A program made the position numbers and the translations under genes. Positions 10,301 to 19,884 of a DNA stretch of 64,000 nucleotides are shown piece by piece. Location: the NCBI RefSeq assembly GCF_018006725.1, contig NZ_JAGMXV010000001.1, forward strand, positions 6,831 to 70,830, read 5' to 3'. Under the pieces are notes generated by a model. It was not told where the DNA came from. It saw only the letters and a program-made list of their open reading frames with translations, and did no database searches. How positions within the stretch are numbered: the stretch's first letter is position 1; every line of letters begins with the position of its first letter. This stretch comes from Rhizorhabdus sp. (GTDB lineage Bacteria > Pseudomonadota > Alphaproteobacteria > Sphingomonadales > Sphingomonadaceae).

Positions 10301-11614
10301 CTATTTGCCTATGCAGAAACGTCCGAAAAGCGCGTCGAGCATGTCCTCGGTTCCGGCCCGACCGGTGACCCGATTGATCGCAGTCCGCGCCATGCGCAGC
10401 GCCTCGGCGACTAGGAGCGGATCAGTCTCCGCCTTCGCGAGCTTCAGCATAGCCGACAGATGTTCGATACCGTCCCTCTGCCGCCGGGAAAGCGCGACCT
10501 CATCCTCACGCGGCAGCAGAGCGATCGCCTTGGTCACCAGCAGCTCGGTCAGTTGGTGCATGCCCTGCCCTGTGTGGGCGGACAGGGTAAGGTCCGCCTT
10601 ATCCGCTTCCTTAAACTCTGCCTCGTCCGACCGGGCAGCAATCCTTACCGACCCCGCGGGGGCCTCGCCAGCTTCGCCAAGCCAGAGCAGGATATCCGCA
10701 CTTTCGATCGCTTGCCGGGCGCGCGCAATGCCGATCGCCTCGACAGCGTCGGCTGCGGCTTCGTGGAGGCCCGCCGTGTCGGTCAGGAGAAAGGCTATGC
10801 CCCCTATCGATACCGGCACTTCAACCAGGTCGCGCGTCGTTCCGGCGATCGGCGTCACGATCGCTGCCTCGCGTCCTGCAAGTGCATTGAGCAACGTGGA
10901 CTTGCCGGCATTGGGCGGCCCGGCGAGAACGACCCGGATACCGTCGCGGAGGCGCTCGACCGGAGGGCGATCGCACCACCCTGAGACATCTCTCGATAAA
11001 CGTTGGAGCTCGGCCGTGAAGGCCTCGCCAAGGTCGGGCACGTCCGCCTCATCCTCGAAATCGAGGACCGCTTCGACTCGCGCGGATAGAAGGAGAATCT
11101 GCTGGAGCCAGTCGGCGAGTTTGCGACTTAGCGCCCCGTCAGCCAGCGCGAGCGCATTACGGCGCTGGGTTTCGGTCTCGGCCGTCAGCAGGTCGCCGAG
11201 CGCTTCGGCTTCCGTCAGATCGATACGCCCATTGGCGAAGGCGCGGCGGGTGAACTCGCCGGCTTCCGCCGCGCGTAGTCCCGATAGTTCGCCGAGCGAA
11301 CGTAGCACGGCGGCCACAACCGCCCTGCCCCCGTGGACGTGAAACTCGGCCATATCTTCCCCGGTGGCGCTGGCGGGCCCGGGAAGCCAGAGCAGCAGTG
11401 CCTGGTCGAGCGCACGTTGGTCGATCGGGTCGACAATAGTGCGGAGCGAGGCGCGCCTCGACGCAGGCCTTGGTCTTCCGCCGAGCAGCGCGTCCATCGC
11501 TTCTCCCGCCCGGGGACCGCTGACACGGATCACCGCGACGCCTGCCGGTGGCGATCCGCTCGACAGGGCAAAGATGGTCGCGGCGTCTGCGGCGCTGTGC
11601 GGGCTATTTTCCAC
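10301..11614 (-). CDS. mnmE: tRNA modification GTPase
   Basis: 'GPPNAGKST', 'AGTTRD', 'DTAG', C-terminal 'FCIGK'. Confidence 0.97.
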   Translation of the reverse strand: MENSPHSAADAATIFALSSGSPPAGVAVIRVSGPRAGEAMDALLGGRPRPASRRASLRTIVDPIDQRALDQALLLWLPGPASATGEDMAEFHVHGGRAVVAAVLRSLGELSGLRAAEAGEFTRRAFANGRIDLTEAEALGDLLTAETETQRRNALALADGALSRKLADWLQQILLLSARVEAVLDFEDEADVPDLGEAFTAELQRLSRDVSGWCDRPPVERLRDGIRVVLAGPPNAGKSTLLNALAGREAAIVTPIAGTTRDLVEVPVSIGGIAFLLTDTAGLHEAAADAVEAIGIARARQAIESADILLWLGEAGEAPAGSVRIAARSDEAEFKEADKADLTLSAHTGQGMHQLTELLVTKAIALLPREDEVALSRRQRDGIEHLSAMLKLAKAETDPLLVAEALRMARTAINRVTGRAGTEDMLDALFGRFCIGK

Positions 11615-11846
11615 CGCTGCCGGTGCGACCGATCTGGTCGAACATCGAACGCCACATGTTCATCCCCGCTTCGCCCATCGGCATCCAGTTGCGCATCATC
11701 TGATCGACCGCGTCGGGTGTAATGCCCTCCTCGATCATCTTCTTCATCTTCTCGATATAGACGTCATGAACCACCGAGAGGTCCGGAAGGCCCATGAAAC
11801 GGCGCGCTTCCTCCGGCGTGCAATCGACGTCGACGGTGATCTTCAT
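11604..11846 (-). CDS. DUF6489-like small protein
   Basis: 'MKITVDVDCTPEEARRFMGLPD' signature; GGAG RBS before ATG 11846. Confidence 0.8.
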   Translation of the reverse strand: MKITVDVDCTPEEARRFMGLPDLSVVHDVYIEKMKKMIEEGITPDAVDQMMRNWMPMGEAGMNMWRSMFDQIGRTGSGGK

Positions 11847-11904
11847 GCGCGGCTCCAAGGGTCATTGAAACGTCGATATCCATGGCTAGAGTCTCCGCAG
11901 GCGC

Positions 11905-12390
11905 ATGTCCATGACCATCCTCTCCGCCCTTTTGGCTTCTCCGCTCGGACCGATTCTGATCGAGGGTGACGAGCGCTGTCTGCACCGCATCATCATCGGT
12001 GGCGAACGGGGCGGTCCGGAGATCGAGAGGGTTGATCCCGCCTCGCCAACCGGCCGCGCAGCGATGCAGCTTAGGGCTTATTTCGACGGCGCTTGCGAGA
12101 TGTTCGATCTTCCCCTTGCACCCGCCGCAACACACCGGGGGGAAGCCTTGCGGCAGGCGATCATTGCCATCCCATGCGGTGCGTCGCTCAGCTATGGCGA
12201 GGTGGCACGGCTCGCCGCGTCGAGCCCCCGGGCCATCGGCCAGGCTTGTGCCCGCAACCCTTTTCCAATCGTCGTTCCCTGCCATCGAGTGCTAGGGAAT
12301 GGCGGCGCGATCGGCCAGTATTCGGCCGGACATGGCGTAGCCACCAAGCTGTGGCTGCTCGAGCATGAGAGACGAGGAGGACTGCTGTGA
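11905..12390 (+). CDS. ogt: Methylated-DNA--protein-cysteine S-methyltransferase
   Basis: Active-site 'PCHRV'; 'SYGEVA...RAIGQAC..NP'. Confidence 0.9.
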   Translation: MSMTILSALLASPLGPILIEGDERCLHRIIIGGERGGPEIERVDPASPTGRAAMQLRAYFDGACEMFDLPLAPAATHRGEALRQAIIAIPCGASLSYGEVARLAASSPRAIGQACARNPFPIVVPCHRVLGNGGAIGQYSAGHGVATKLWLLEHERRGGLL

Positions 12391-13085
12391 AAAGCTACAC
12401 CGAGATCAAGACCCTGACCGGGGACGAGGAGTTTCTCGCTTATACCTCGCAGCCGACATCGGAGCCGAAGGCAGCGATCATCGTCATCCAGGAGATTTTC
12501 GGTGTCAATGAAGGCATCCGCATCAAATGCGATGCCTGGGCAAAGCTCGGCTATCTCGCCATCGCGCCCGATCTGTTCTGGCGGATCCGTCCGGGCATCG
12601 AGCTTGATGCCGATGTCGAGCCCGAACTGCAGGAGGCCTTCGGCCTGTTCGGCAAATTCGATCAGGAGGCTGGCATCCGTGATATCGAAGCCACCATCCG
12701 CGAAGCGCGCCGCATGGTTGGCGGCCGGAAGGTCGGCGCAGTGGGTTATTGCCTGGGTGGCCGCCTCGCCTTCATGACCGCCGCGCGCACCGACATCGAT
12801 GCGAGCGTCGGCTATTATGGCGTCGGGATCGATGGGTTGCTCGGTGAGGCGCATGCCATCGCCCATCCGCACGCCCAGCATATCGCCGGGAACGACGGCT
12901 TCGTCCCAAAGGATGCGCAGGCGCGGATGCATGCCGGACTCGACGATCATCCGAAGGTCACGCTGTGGGACTATGAAGGGGTCGACCACGGTTTTGCGGC
13001 GACGATGGGCAATCGCCGGGTCGAGGACGCCGCCCAACTGGCCGATAGCCGGACCGAGGCTTTCTTCGCCGACCATCTCGCCTGA
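12387..13085 (+). CDS. Dienelactone hydrolase family protein
   Basis: 'QEIFGVN', nucleophile 'GYCLGG', 'HGF'. Confidence 0.92.
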   Translation: MKSYTEIKTLTGDEEFLAYTSQPTSEPKAAIIVIQEIFGVNEGIRIKCDAWAKLGYLAIAPDLFWRIRPGIELDADVEPELQEAFGLFGKFDQEAGIRDIEATIREARRMVGGRKVGAVGYCLGGRLAFMTAARTDIDASVGYYGVGIDGLLGEAHAIAHPHAQHIAGNDGFVPKDAQARMHAGLDDHPKVTLWDYEGVDHGFAATMGNRRVEDAAQLADSRTEAFFADHLA

Positions 13086-13099
13086 AAGTTCAATCCCCG

Positions 13100-14077
13100 A
13101 TGTCCGATTTCCGCCTCGTCGCCCCCGCCTTCGGCGGGCCCGAAGTCATCGAAGCCGTGGCGCTTGAACCCACTGCCGTGCCCCCCGGCAAGGTCCGGGT
13201 CCGCCACAATGCGGTAGGGGTAAACTTCATCGACACCTACCATCGCACGGGGCTGTATCCACAGCCCCTGCCCGCAGGACTCGGTGTCGAGGCTGCGGGT
13301 GTGGTCGAGGCGGTGGGCGAAGGCGTCAGCCGCTGGCAGCCTGGCGACCGGGTGGGCTATGCTATCGCCGCGCCCGGCAGCTATGCGAGCTGGCAGGATG
13401 TCGATGCAGCCCGGCTCCTCGCTTTGCCCGACACGATCGACGACGAGACCGCCGCCGCTATCCTGCTCAAGGGGCTGACGGTCGAAATTCTCGTCAATGG
13501 CTGCGCTCATGTTCAGCCCGGCCAGAGTGCGCTGGTCCTGGCGGCGGCCGGCGGCGTCGGTCGTATGCTCGTCCAGTGGCTAAGCGCTATCGGGGTGCGG
13601 GTCATCGCCCATGCAGGGTCGGCGGAGAAGGCCGCCATTGCCAGTGCGCTTGGTGCAAGCACCTCGATAGATTGCCCATTCGAGGATCTTGCCGCCACTG
13701 TGCGGGCAGCGAATAGCGGCAAGGGCGTGGACGTGGTGTTCGACGGCGTCGGCGCCGACAGTTGGACCGCATCGCTCGATTCGCTTCGGCCGCGCGGGCT
13801 GATGGTGAGCTTCGGAAATGCGTCGGGGCCAGTCGCGCCGTTCACGCCGCTGGAACTCGCCAAGCGCGGCTCGCTCAGTGTCGTCCGGCCGCGCCTCTAC
13901 GACTATATCGCCGAGCGGTCCGAACTGGAGGCTTCCGCCGCTGCGCTGTTCGCCATGGTCGGCGACGGCCGGGTGAAGGTCGAGATCGGGCTGCGGATGC
14001 CGCTCGCGGAGGCTGCGAATGCGCACCGGGCACTCGAAGGGCGTGCGACCACGGGTTCAGTCATCCTCACTGCCTGA
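13100..14077 (+). CDS. NADPH:quinone oxidoreductase (zeta-crystallin/Qor family)
   Basis: 'GVNFIDTYHRTGLY', 'AAAGGVG', 'FGNASG'. Confidence 0.92.
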   Translation: MSDFRLVAPAFGGPEVIEAVALEPTAVPPGKVRVRHNAVGVNFIDTYHRTGLYPQPLPAGLGVEAAGVVEAVGEGVSRWQPGDRVGYAIAAPGSYASWQDVDAARLLALPDTIDDETAAAILLKGLTVEILVNGCAHVQPGQSALVLAAAGGVGRMLVQWLSAIGVRVIAHAGSAEKAAIASALGASTSIDCPFEDLAATVRAANSGKGVDVVFDGVGADSWTASLDSLRPRGLMVSFGNASGPVAPFTPLELAKRGSLSVVRPRLYDYIAERSELEASAAALFAMVGDGRVKVEIGLRMPLAEAANAHRALEGRATTGSVILTA

Positions 14078-14086
14078 CCGGGTGCG

Positions 14087-15049
14087 CTATTGAGAACGCC
14101 CCGCTCCGCCGAAAATGGGGTCTGTGGCGAATGGGGATTGTGGCCGCATCGGGGGAAGCTGGGGTGTGACGAGCAGGGTGATGTCGGGACGTTCCTCCAC
14201 GACCCCCTGGATCATTGTCATCAATTGTGGGGTAAAATAGCGGCCATAATTGAAGCACTCGGCGGGCATGTACCGCGATACCGGCTTGGGCTGATCGCAG
14301 AGATAGCCAAGGTGAATGCCGATCGCAGCGCCGAGCCGCTCATCATAATACATGCCTCCCGACGACCCCGACTCGGCATTGGCGGACGTGGCGAACAGCG
14401 CTGAATCGTCACTGATCGAAGGACCATTCGCATCGAGCAGATCGATGCGGAGCTGGGCTCGCGGGAAGCGGTCGATCAATCCCCGACTGTCATGGAGAAT
14501 CTGCGATTCGCGTACGTCCGCGCGAAACGCCAGCAGGCTTATCGTCTTGCGCGCCTGAAAGCGGGTCTGGCGCAAAGTCGGAAGGACGGCGCCCTCCGCG
14601 GGGCGGTTGAGCCGCAAAAGCGCAAAGTCGAAGCTGCTGTCGAAGCGATGACGAGTGTCGGCCCAGGGAGACAGGACATAATCGATCGTGAAGATGTCCC
14701 GGACCGTTTCGTCACGGTTGAACAGAACGAAGATGCATTCCTTGATGGGCAACAGGAGCGGGGTCTGGCGGAAGGGCGGCGCCGGCACCTTGTAAAAGGC
14801 ATGGGCGACGGTGATGGCCGTCTGGTTGTTACCGACGAGCCAGGCGGTGGCGATATGCGTGATGCCGGGAATCGCCGGGTCGATGCACTCGAGGCGTCCG
14901 ACCGAGTCGAACGCATCACGCGGACCGGTACGACCGGCAAGACTATGCTCGTTTGGATCGACAGTGAAGATGATCGCCTGACCTGCCGAACTGGTCAGGA
15001 TGAGAAATGCTACCGCCCATCCGATCGCACGCAGCACCCATGCCCCCAT
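14087..15049 (-). CDS. Secreted trypsin-like serine protease
   Basis: Signal peptide; catalytic-triad contexts 'TVAHAF', 'DFALLRL', 'GSSGG'. Confidence 0.7.
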   Translation of the reverse strand: MGAWVLRAIGWAVAFLILTSSAGQAIIFTVDPNEHSLAGRTGPRDAFDSVGRLECIDPAIPGITHIATAWLVGNNQTAITVAHAFYKVPAPPFRQTPLLLPIKECIFVLFNRDETVRDIFTIDYVLSPWADTRHRFDSSFDFALLRLNRPAEGAVLPTLRQTRFQARKTISLLAFRADVRESQILHDSRGLIDRFPRAQLRIDLLDANGPSISDDSALFATSANAESGSSGGMYYDERLGAAIGIHLGYLCDQPKPVSRYMPAECFNYGRYFTPQLMTMIQGVVEERPDITLLVTPQLPPMRPQSPFATDPIFGGAGRSQ

Positions 15050-15058
15050 GGCTCTGCG

Positions 15059-15532
15059 TTACGGGTGCCCTGGCGAGGGGTGCTGGCCCCTTTCGATGCG
15101 CTTGCGCAAGGCTGCGAGTTCGCCGATCGACGATTGCACGTTGCGGTAGAGGGTGGCGATGATGTCTTCGATGTCCGGCGGCAGCGTTCCTGCGTCGCGA
15201 TGAGCCTTGCGGATATGGTCGGCGAGAAATCTTTCTCCTCGCAGTAGTTCATCGACGGCTGACTGCTCTCCGTTCAGCAGGGCCGCTTTCAGATCGAGGA
15301 AAAGCCGGTGTGCGCTGCCCAGCAATGTACCGTGCAACTCGGCATGACCGCCATGAGCCTCGATTGCCCGACGCAGAGCCGTTGCGAGCCGCTGCCTTTC
15401 CAGGGCGTGCATCTCGCAATAGCTGTACCAGCCGAAGCCGTGGGTGTGAGACGCGATGTGCTCATAGCCCGCGACGCTGTCCATCACGGTTTCCACGAGA
15501 GCAGCGATAGACGCGTGAACCCGCTGAGACAT
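15059..15532 (-). CDS. PA2169/DUF2383 ferritin-like four-helix-bundle protein
   Basis: 'DS..GY', 'ER...A..L', 'G..HR.F.DLKA', 'RGE' pattern. Confidence 0.75.
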   Translation of the reverse strand: MSQRVHASIAALVETVMDSVAGYEHIASHTHGFGWYSYCEMHALERQRLATALRRAIEAHGGHAELHGTLLGSAHRLFLDLKAALLNGEQSAVDELLRGERFLADHIRKAHRDAGTLPPDIEDIIATLYRNVQSSIGELAALRKRIERGQHPSPGHP

Positions 15533-15620
15533 AACGGAACGTCCTCCGACGACGTTTGTCCAACAACGGTCGCATCAAATCAATTCAGGACAATTCCTGT
15601 TAACTATGCGGATTGCACGT

Positions 15621-15649
15621 AAAAAGGGCCCGGCAGACAGCGGGCCCTT
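15621..15649 (-). terminator. Rho-independent terminator after the PEP-CTERM gene
   Basis: GGGCCC/GGGCCC stem followed by a T-tract on the minus strand. Confidence 0.65.
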
Positions 15650-15677
15650 ACATCATGTTCGAGGCGGCCTCTGCGGT

Positions 15678-16742
15678 TCATGCCGCTTGCGGGAGCATGC
15701 CCCGCCCGCGCCGGGCGCGCATGGCCGCTCCGATCAGACCAAATCCCAGGATCAGCATCGCCCAGGTCGACGGCTCCGGTGCAACCACCGGGTTGCTCGT
15801 GCTGGACAGGCTGGACAGATCGCCCTGGAAATAATTGTTGTGAATCTCACCATTGGCATTCTGGCGGACGTTATTGCCGATCACCGTGCCATCGATATTG
15901 CCGCTGTTGCCGCCGGTAATATCGGCGAAGACGCCGAGGATCGAGCCGCTGAACTGCCGGCCGATATCGACCGTGGTCGCCTCATAGAAGTTGAACAGCA
16001 CGCGGTTGTCGCCGGTGAAGCGATTGAAGTTGCGATTGAAGTCGATGTCGGTTCCGGCGACGTTGATCACCAGCGTGGCATTGGTCGGCAGGGTGATCTG
16101 CAGCTGCTGGTTCGAATTGCCTTCGAACATGGCCTCCGACCAGTTGAGCACGTTGAGGCCACTGTTGGCGACGGTGATCATCTGGTTGTTGCTGTCGCCT
16201 CCGACCGTCACGCCCGCCGTATTGGCGAGGGTTGCGAGATTCTGGCTGAGGCTGGTCAACGAGGCTTTGATATCGTTGGTCTGCGCGTTGATCGTGCTCG
16301 CGAAATTGGCGCCGCCATATTGGAAGCTGGTGTTGTTCGCGAAGGCGCTGTTGGATCCGCCATAGGTCACGACATTGTTGCCGTTGTTATTGAAATTGCC
16401 GCTGACCGACCCACCGACGGCGATTCCGCCACCCGCGTTGACGCTGCCGGCCATCTGCGCGCTGCCGCCGACGGTCAACGCGGGCGTGCCATATTGGCTC
16501 GCGGGAATATTGTTGTTCTGGATCGTGAAATTGCTGCCCGCCGTGAAGCTTCCGCCGACATAGACCCGGCCATCGACATGGTTGTACGACTGGAAATTGT
16601 TGAACGAGACGACGTTCCATTCCTTCATCGCAGCGATGCCCGTCGAGATCGACTGCCCGACCAGCGCAGCCTGCGCCGCTCCTGCGGACAGGATAGCCAG
16701 AGCTCCGGCAATGACCATGGGAAGCTTGAGGAACGGACGCAT
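15678..16742 (-). CDS. Choice-of-anchor A domain protein with PEP-CTERM (PEPxxWA) sorting signal
   Basis: Signal peptide; Asn/Gly/Ser-rich body ('VDGRVYVGG', 'VLFNFYEAT', 'GEIH'); C-terminal 'APEPSTWAMLILGFGLIGAAMRARR'. Confidence 0.88.
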   Translation of the reverse strand: MRPFLKLPMVIAGALAILSAGAAQAALVGQSISTGIAAMKEWNVVSFNNFQSYNHVDGRVYVGGSFTAGSNFTIQNNNIPASQYGTPALTVGGSAQMAGSVNAGGGIAVGGSVSGNFNNNGNNVVTYGGSNSAFANNTSFQYGGANFASTINAQTNDIKASLTSLSQNLATLANTAGVTVGGDSNNQMITVANSGLNVLNWSEAMFEGNSNQQLQITLPTNATLVINVAGTDIDFNRNFNRFTGDNRVLFNFYEATTVDIGRQFSGSILGVFADITGGNSGNIDGTVIGNNVRQNANGEIHNNYFQGDLSSLSSTSNPVVAPEPSTWAMLILGFGLIGAAMRARRGRGMLPQAA

Positions 16743-16865
16743 TACGATACTCCACGGCGTCGGTTGCGAGGCAGGGCCCCATCCATGCGTCCAGCCGATA
16801 GCCGATCCAGCGGAGGATTTCCAGTAACAAATACGGTGACCGGCTCAATTCCATGGTGTTGCAGT

Positions 16866-16882
16866 TGTAAAAAACTCCGACA
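16866..16882. promoter_or_regulatory. TGT-N11-ACA candidate enhancer upstream of the PEP-CTERM gene
   Basis: TGTAAAAAACTCCGACA about 125 bp upstream of the start, in an AT-rich region. Confidence 0.5.
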
Positions 16883-16974
16883 CTTATTGCTGGAAAACAA
16901 TTCACGAAGTAAAAATCCAGAAGTTCTCGAATAAAGAAGGCAAAATAACGTAAACTATTGCAACGGTGAGGGCC

Positions 16975-17006
16975 AAAAAAAAGCCCCCGCACCGGAATGC
17001 GAGGGC
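16975..17006 (-). terminator. Rho-independent terminator after the terC-like gene
   Basis: GCCCTCGCA...TGCGGGGGC stem followed by T8 on the minus strand. Confidence 0.8.
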
Positions 17007-17030
17007 CGTTATGCGGTCAGGGTGCCCCGC

Positions 17031-17681
17031 TCAGGCGAGCAGCGGCGCGACTTGATGCCAGCCCTCCCAAATCATCTTGATCGCGACATAGACGATCACG
17101 AGCAAGCCGACATAGGCGATCCAGCGATAGCGCTCGATATATTTCGCGATCACGTTGGCGGCGATGCCCATCAGCGCGACCGACAGCAACAGGCCAATCA
17201 CGAGGATACCAGGATGCTCACGTGCAGCGCCAGCGACGGCCAGAACATTGTCGAGGCTCATCGACACGTCCGCCACTGCGACCGCCCAGGCAGCGCCGAG
17301 GAAGGTCTTGGATTGCGGGATGCCGTCATGTTCGGTCGGATCCTCGCCGGCCGCCATTCCCGAATGGCGGATTTCGCGGAACATGCGCCAGGCCACCCAC
17401 AGTAGCAGGAGCCCGCCCGCGAAGACCAGCCCGACGATGCTCATCAACATGCTGACCGACACGGCGAAGACGATCCGCAGTACCAGCGCCGCGATGATAC
17501 CGATCAGGATCACCTTCCGTCGCTGGTCCGGTGGCAGGCCGGCTGCGAGCGCGCCGACGACGATCGCATTGTCGCCGGCGAGCATGATGTCGATCATCAG
17601 CACCTGCAGGAAGGCCGACAGGGCCGCCGGGCTGGTGATGTTCGCGAAATCCGCGACGATATGGTTCCAGAGTTCGAGCAT
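17031..17681 (-). CDS. TerC/YjbE family membrane protein
   Basis: 'D..LAGDNA', 'ADVSMSLDNVLAVAG'. Confidence 0.92.
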   Translation of the reverse strand: MLELWNHIVADFANITSPAALSAFLQVLMIDIMLAGDNAIVVGALAAGLPPDQRRKVILIGIIAALVLRIVFAVSVSMLMSIVGLVFAGGLLLLWVAWRMFREIRHSGMAAGEDPTEHDGIPQSKTFLGAAWAVAVADVSMSLDNVLAVAGAAREHPGILVIGLLLSVALMGIAANVIAKYIERYRWIAYVGLLVIVYVAIKMIWEGWHQVAPLLA

Positions 17682-17802
17682 GTGACCTCAGTAGCCGAAA
17701 CGCCATTTCTGTCGAGACTGTTCCGGGCGCGTCTTGCATAGTGTCGGCTTGCGGGCCATGGCGCGCGACACTTCTCCTTCCGGGACTTGGATGCCGTCGA
17801 AC

Positions 17803-18963
17803 ATGGTGGCTCAGCGCGATCGCCCTTTCCGCATATGTTTCCTGTTCAATGCCCAGCGTCACCAGATGCTGCACGGCCTGTCGACCGCCGCCCTGCTCGG
17901 GCGGCGGGACGACATGGACGTCACCATCTTGTCCCCGTCCACCGGGCATATCGATTATGCCGGTTGGCTCGTCGAGCGCTTGGGCGGCAGTTCGATCCAC
18001 TATGAGCGCCTCCAGTCATCCTTGCTCGAATCGGCGCGGCGGCTGACCGGCTCGTCGGTTCCGCCGAAGATCCTGACGCTGGTGGTTCTTGCCCATCGCC
18101 TCCGACATTTCGATGCGATTGCCCTGCCCGAACGAACCTCGATCGTCCTGAAGCGCATGGGCGTGCGGCATCCGCGCTTCATCCACCTCGATCACGGCGC
18201 CGGGGATCGGGCCGCGGGCTTCGATCCGCGCATCCGGCTGTTCGATTTCGTCCTGATGGCAGGTGCCAAGCATCGCCGGCGGATGCTGCGCGAGGGGCTG
18301 ATCCGTGAAGGCGCGCATGCGGTGGTCGGCTATCCGAAATTCGAGGCGGCAGACGCCGCGCGCGATCCCGCCTGGACGCCCTTCCCCGGCGACCATCGTC
18401 CGGTCGTCCTCTACAATCCCCATTTCTCCGAACTGGGGTCCTGGGAGCGGATGGGCGCAAGGCTCATCGCCGCCTTCGCGGCGCAGGATCGCTACAATCT
18501 GATCGTGGCCCCGCATGTCCGCCTGCTCGACGGTCAGCGTGCACGGGCGCGGTGGCAGCCGTTGTTCGACGGCTATCGCGGCCATCCACGCATATATGTC
18601 GACCCCGGCAGCGACCGTTCGATCGACATGAGCTATACGAGTCTTGCCGACCTGTACGTCGGCGACGTCAGCAGCCAGGTCTATGAATATCTGCGCGAGC
18701 GGAGGCCGTGCCTGTTCCTCGATGCCCATGGCGTCGACTGGCGCGAGGACGAGAATTACGGGCATTGGCATTTCGGCCCGGTCGTCGGCGCGGCCGCGGA
18801 CCTCATGGCTGCGGTCGACCAGGCCTTCGCGTCGCACGGCGCCTATCGCGACATTCAGGATCGGGCCTATGAGGAAACCTTCGACGCGCGGGGCGAAAGC
18901 GGATCACAGCGCGCCGCCGACGCCATAGCAGCCTATCTCCACAGCCTGCCCACGGCTGGCTGA
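17803..18963 (+). CDS. GT-B/CDP-glycerol glycerophosphotransferase-like protein
   Basis: 'HGAGDR', 'VGYPKF', 'YNPHF', 'GDVSS' motifs; start uncertain (17734-17803). Confidence 0.6.
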   Translation: MVAQRDRPFRICFLFNAQRHQMLHGLSTAALLGRRDDMDVTILSPSTGHIDYAGWLVERLGGSSIHYERLQSSLLESARRLTGSSVPPKILTLVVLAHRLRHFDAIALPERTSIVLKRMGVRHPRFIHLDHGAGDRAAGFDPRIRLFDFVLMAGAKHRRRMLREGLIREGAHAVVGYPKFEAADAARDPAWTPFPGDHRPVVLYNPHFSELGSWERMGARLIAAFAAQDRYNLIVAPHVRLLDGQRARARWQPLFDGYRGHPRIYVDPGSDRSIDMSYTSLADLYVGDVSSQVYEYLRERRPCLFLDAHGVDWREDENYGHWHFGPVVGAAADLMAAVDQAFASHGAYRDIQDRAYEETFDARGESGSQRAADAIAAYLHSLPTAG

Positions 18964-18972
18964 GGCCCATCC

Positions 18973-19884
18973 TCAGACCCGGAACCAGCGGGCCGCGACG
19001 AAGGCCAGCCCCACCGCCAGCCCTACGAACAGGCTGAACCCCGTCACGACCCAGAAGGAGGCGGGATGATGGGCATAGGGTATGCCGTCGACATTCATGC
19101 CGAACAGCCCGGTGACGAAGGTCAGAGGCAGGAAGATCAGCGCGACGATCGCGACGATCAGTGACCGGCGGTCGATCTTCTCTGCGCGCAGGTCGGTGAT
19201 CTGCTCGTGCAGAAGCGCCGACCGCTCGCGCACCGCCTCGAGCTCCTCGCTCATCCGCGCGAACCGGTCTGCCGCTTCGCGGAGGTGGACCCGGTCGTCA
19301 TCCTCCAGCCAGTCCTGCGGCAGCTGCGCCATCGCTTCCAGCGCCTGTCGCTGGGGCACGATGAAGCGGCGATAGCCGATCGCAGCCGATCGCGCGCGGG
19401 CTATGTGGCGGCGGAGATGAAGCGTGTCGCCCGACAGGGAGAGCTCGCATTCGTCGACCTGGTCGCCGAGATCGGCGACGACCGGATCGAGCCTGTGGCT
19501 GATCTCCAGCGCCAGAGCGGCGATCAGATCACCGGGATCGCAATAGGCCCCCTGCTCCATCCGCTGACGCAGTTCGTCGAGCCCCGCCAACTGGCGAAAG
19601 CAGACCGAGACGACGCGCCCCCGCTCGGCCCACATGCGGATCGAGACGAGCGCATCGCCGTCGTCATCGGGGTGGAGGCGCAGGCCGCGCAGATTGATCA
19701 ACACGCCCTCGCCCATCGACTGGCAGCGGGGCCGGGTTTCCATCGCCAGCAGATTCTGGCGCACGGTATCCGGCAGTGCCATGTCGGCTCGGTCGAGCGC
19801 GGCCGACGCCTCGTTCTCGCGGCCGTCTATGTGAACCCAGCGGAACGGCGCCACATCCTCGCCGATCGACCATCCCGGCGTCAT
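18973..19884 (-). CDS. CorA/ZntB family divalent cation transporter
   Basis: 'ETRPR', 'FLPLTFVTGLFGMNV', two C-terminal TM helices. Confidence 0.92.
   Translation of the reverse strand: MTPGWSIGEDVAPFRWVHIDGRENEASAALDRADMALPDTVRQNLLAMETRPRCQSMGEGVLINLRGLRLHPDDDGDALVSIRMWAERGRVVSVCFRQLAGLDELRQRMEQGAYCDPGDLIAALALEISHRLDPVVADLGDQVDECELSLSGDTLHLRRHIARARSAAIGYRRFIVPQRQALEAMAQLPQDWLEDDDRVHLREAADRFARMSEELEAVRERSALLHEQITDLRAEKIDRRSLIVAIVALIFLPLTFVTGLFGMNVDGIPYAHHPASFWVVTGFSLFVGLAVGLAFVAARWFRV

Noticed and set aside
15560-15590. EcfG-like promoter upstream of the PA2169 gene
   Set aside because: The -35 reads TGAAT; too weak to call
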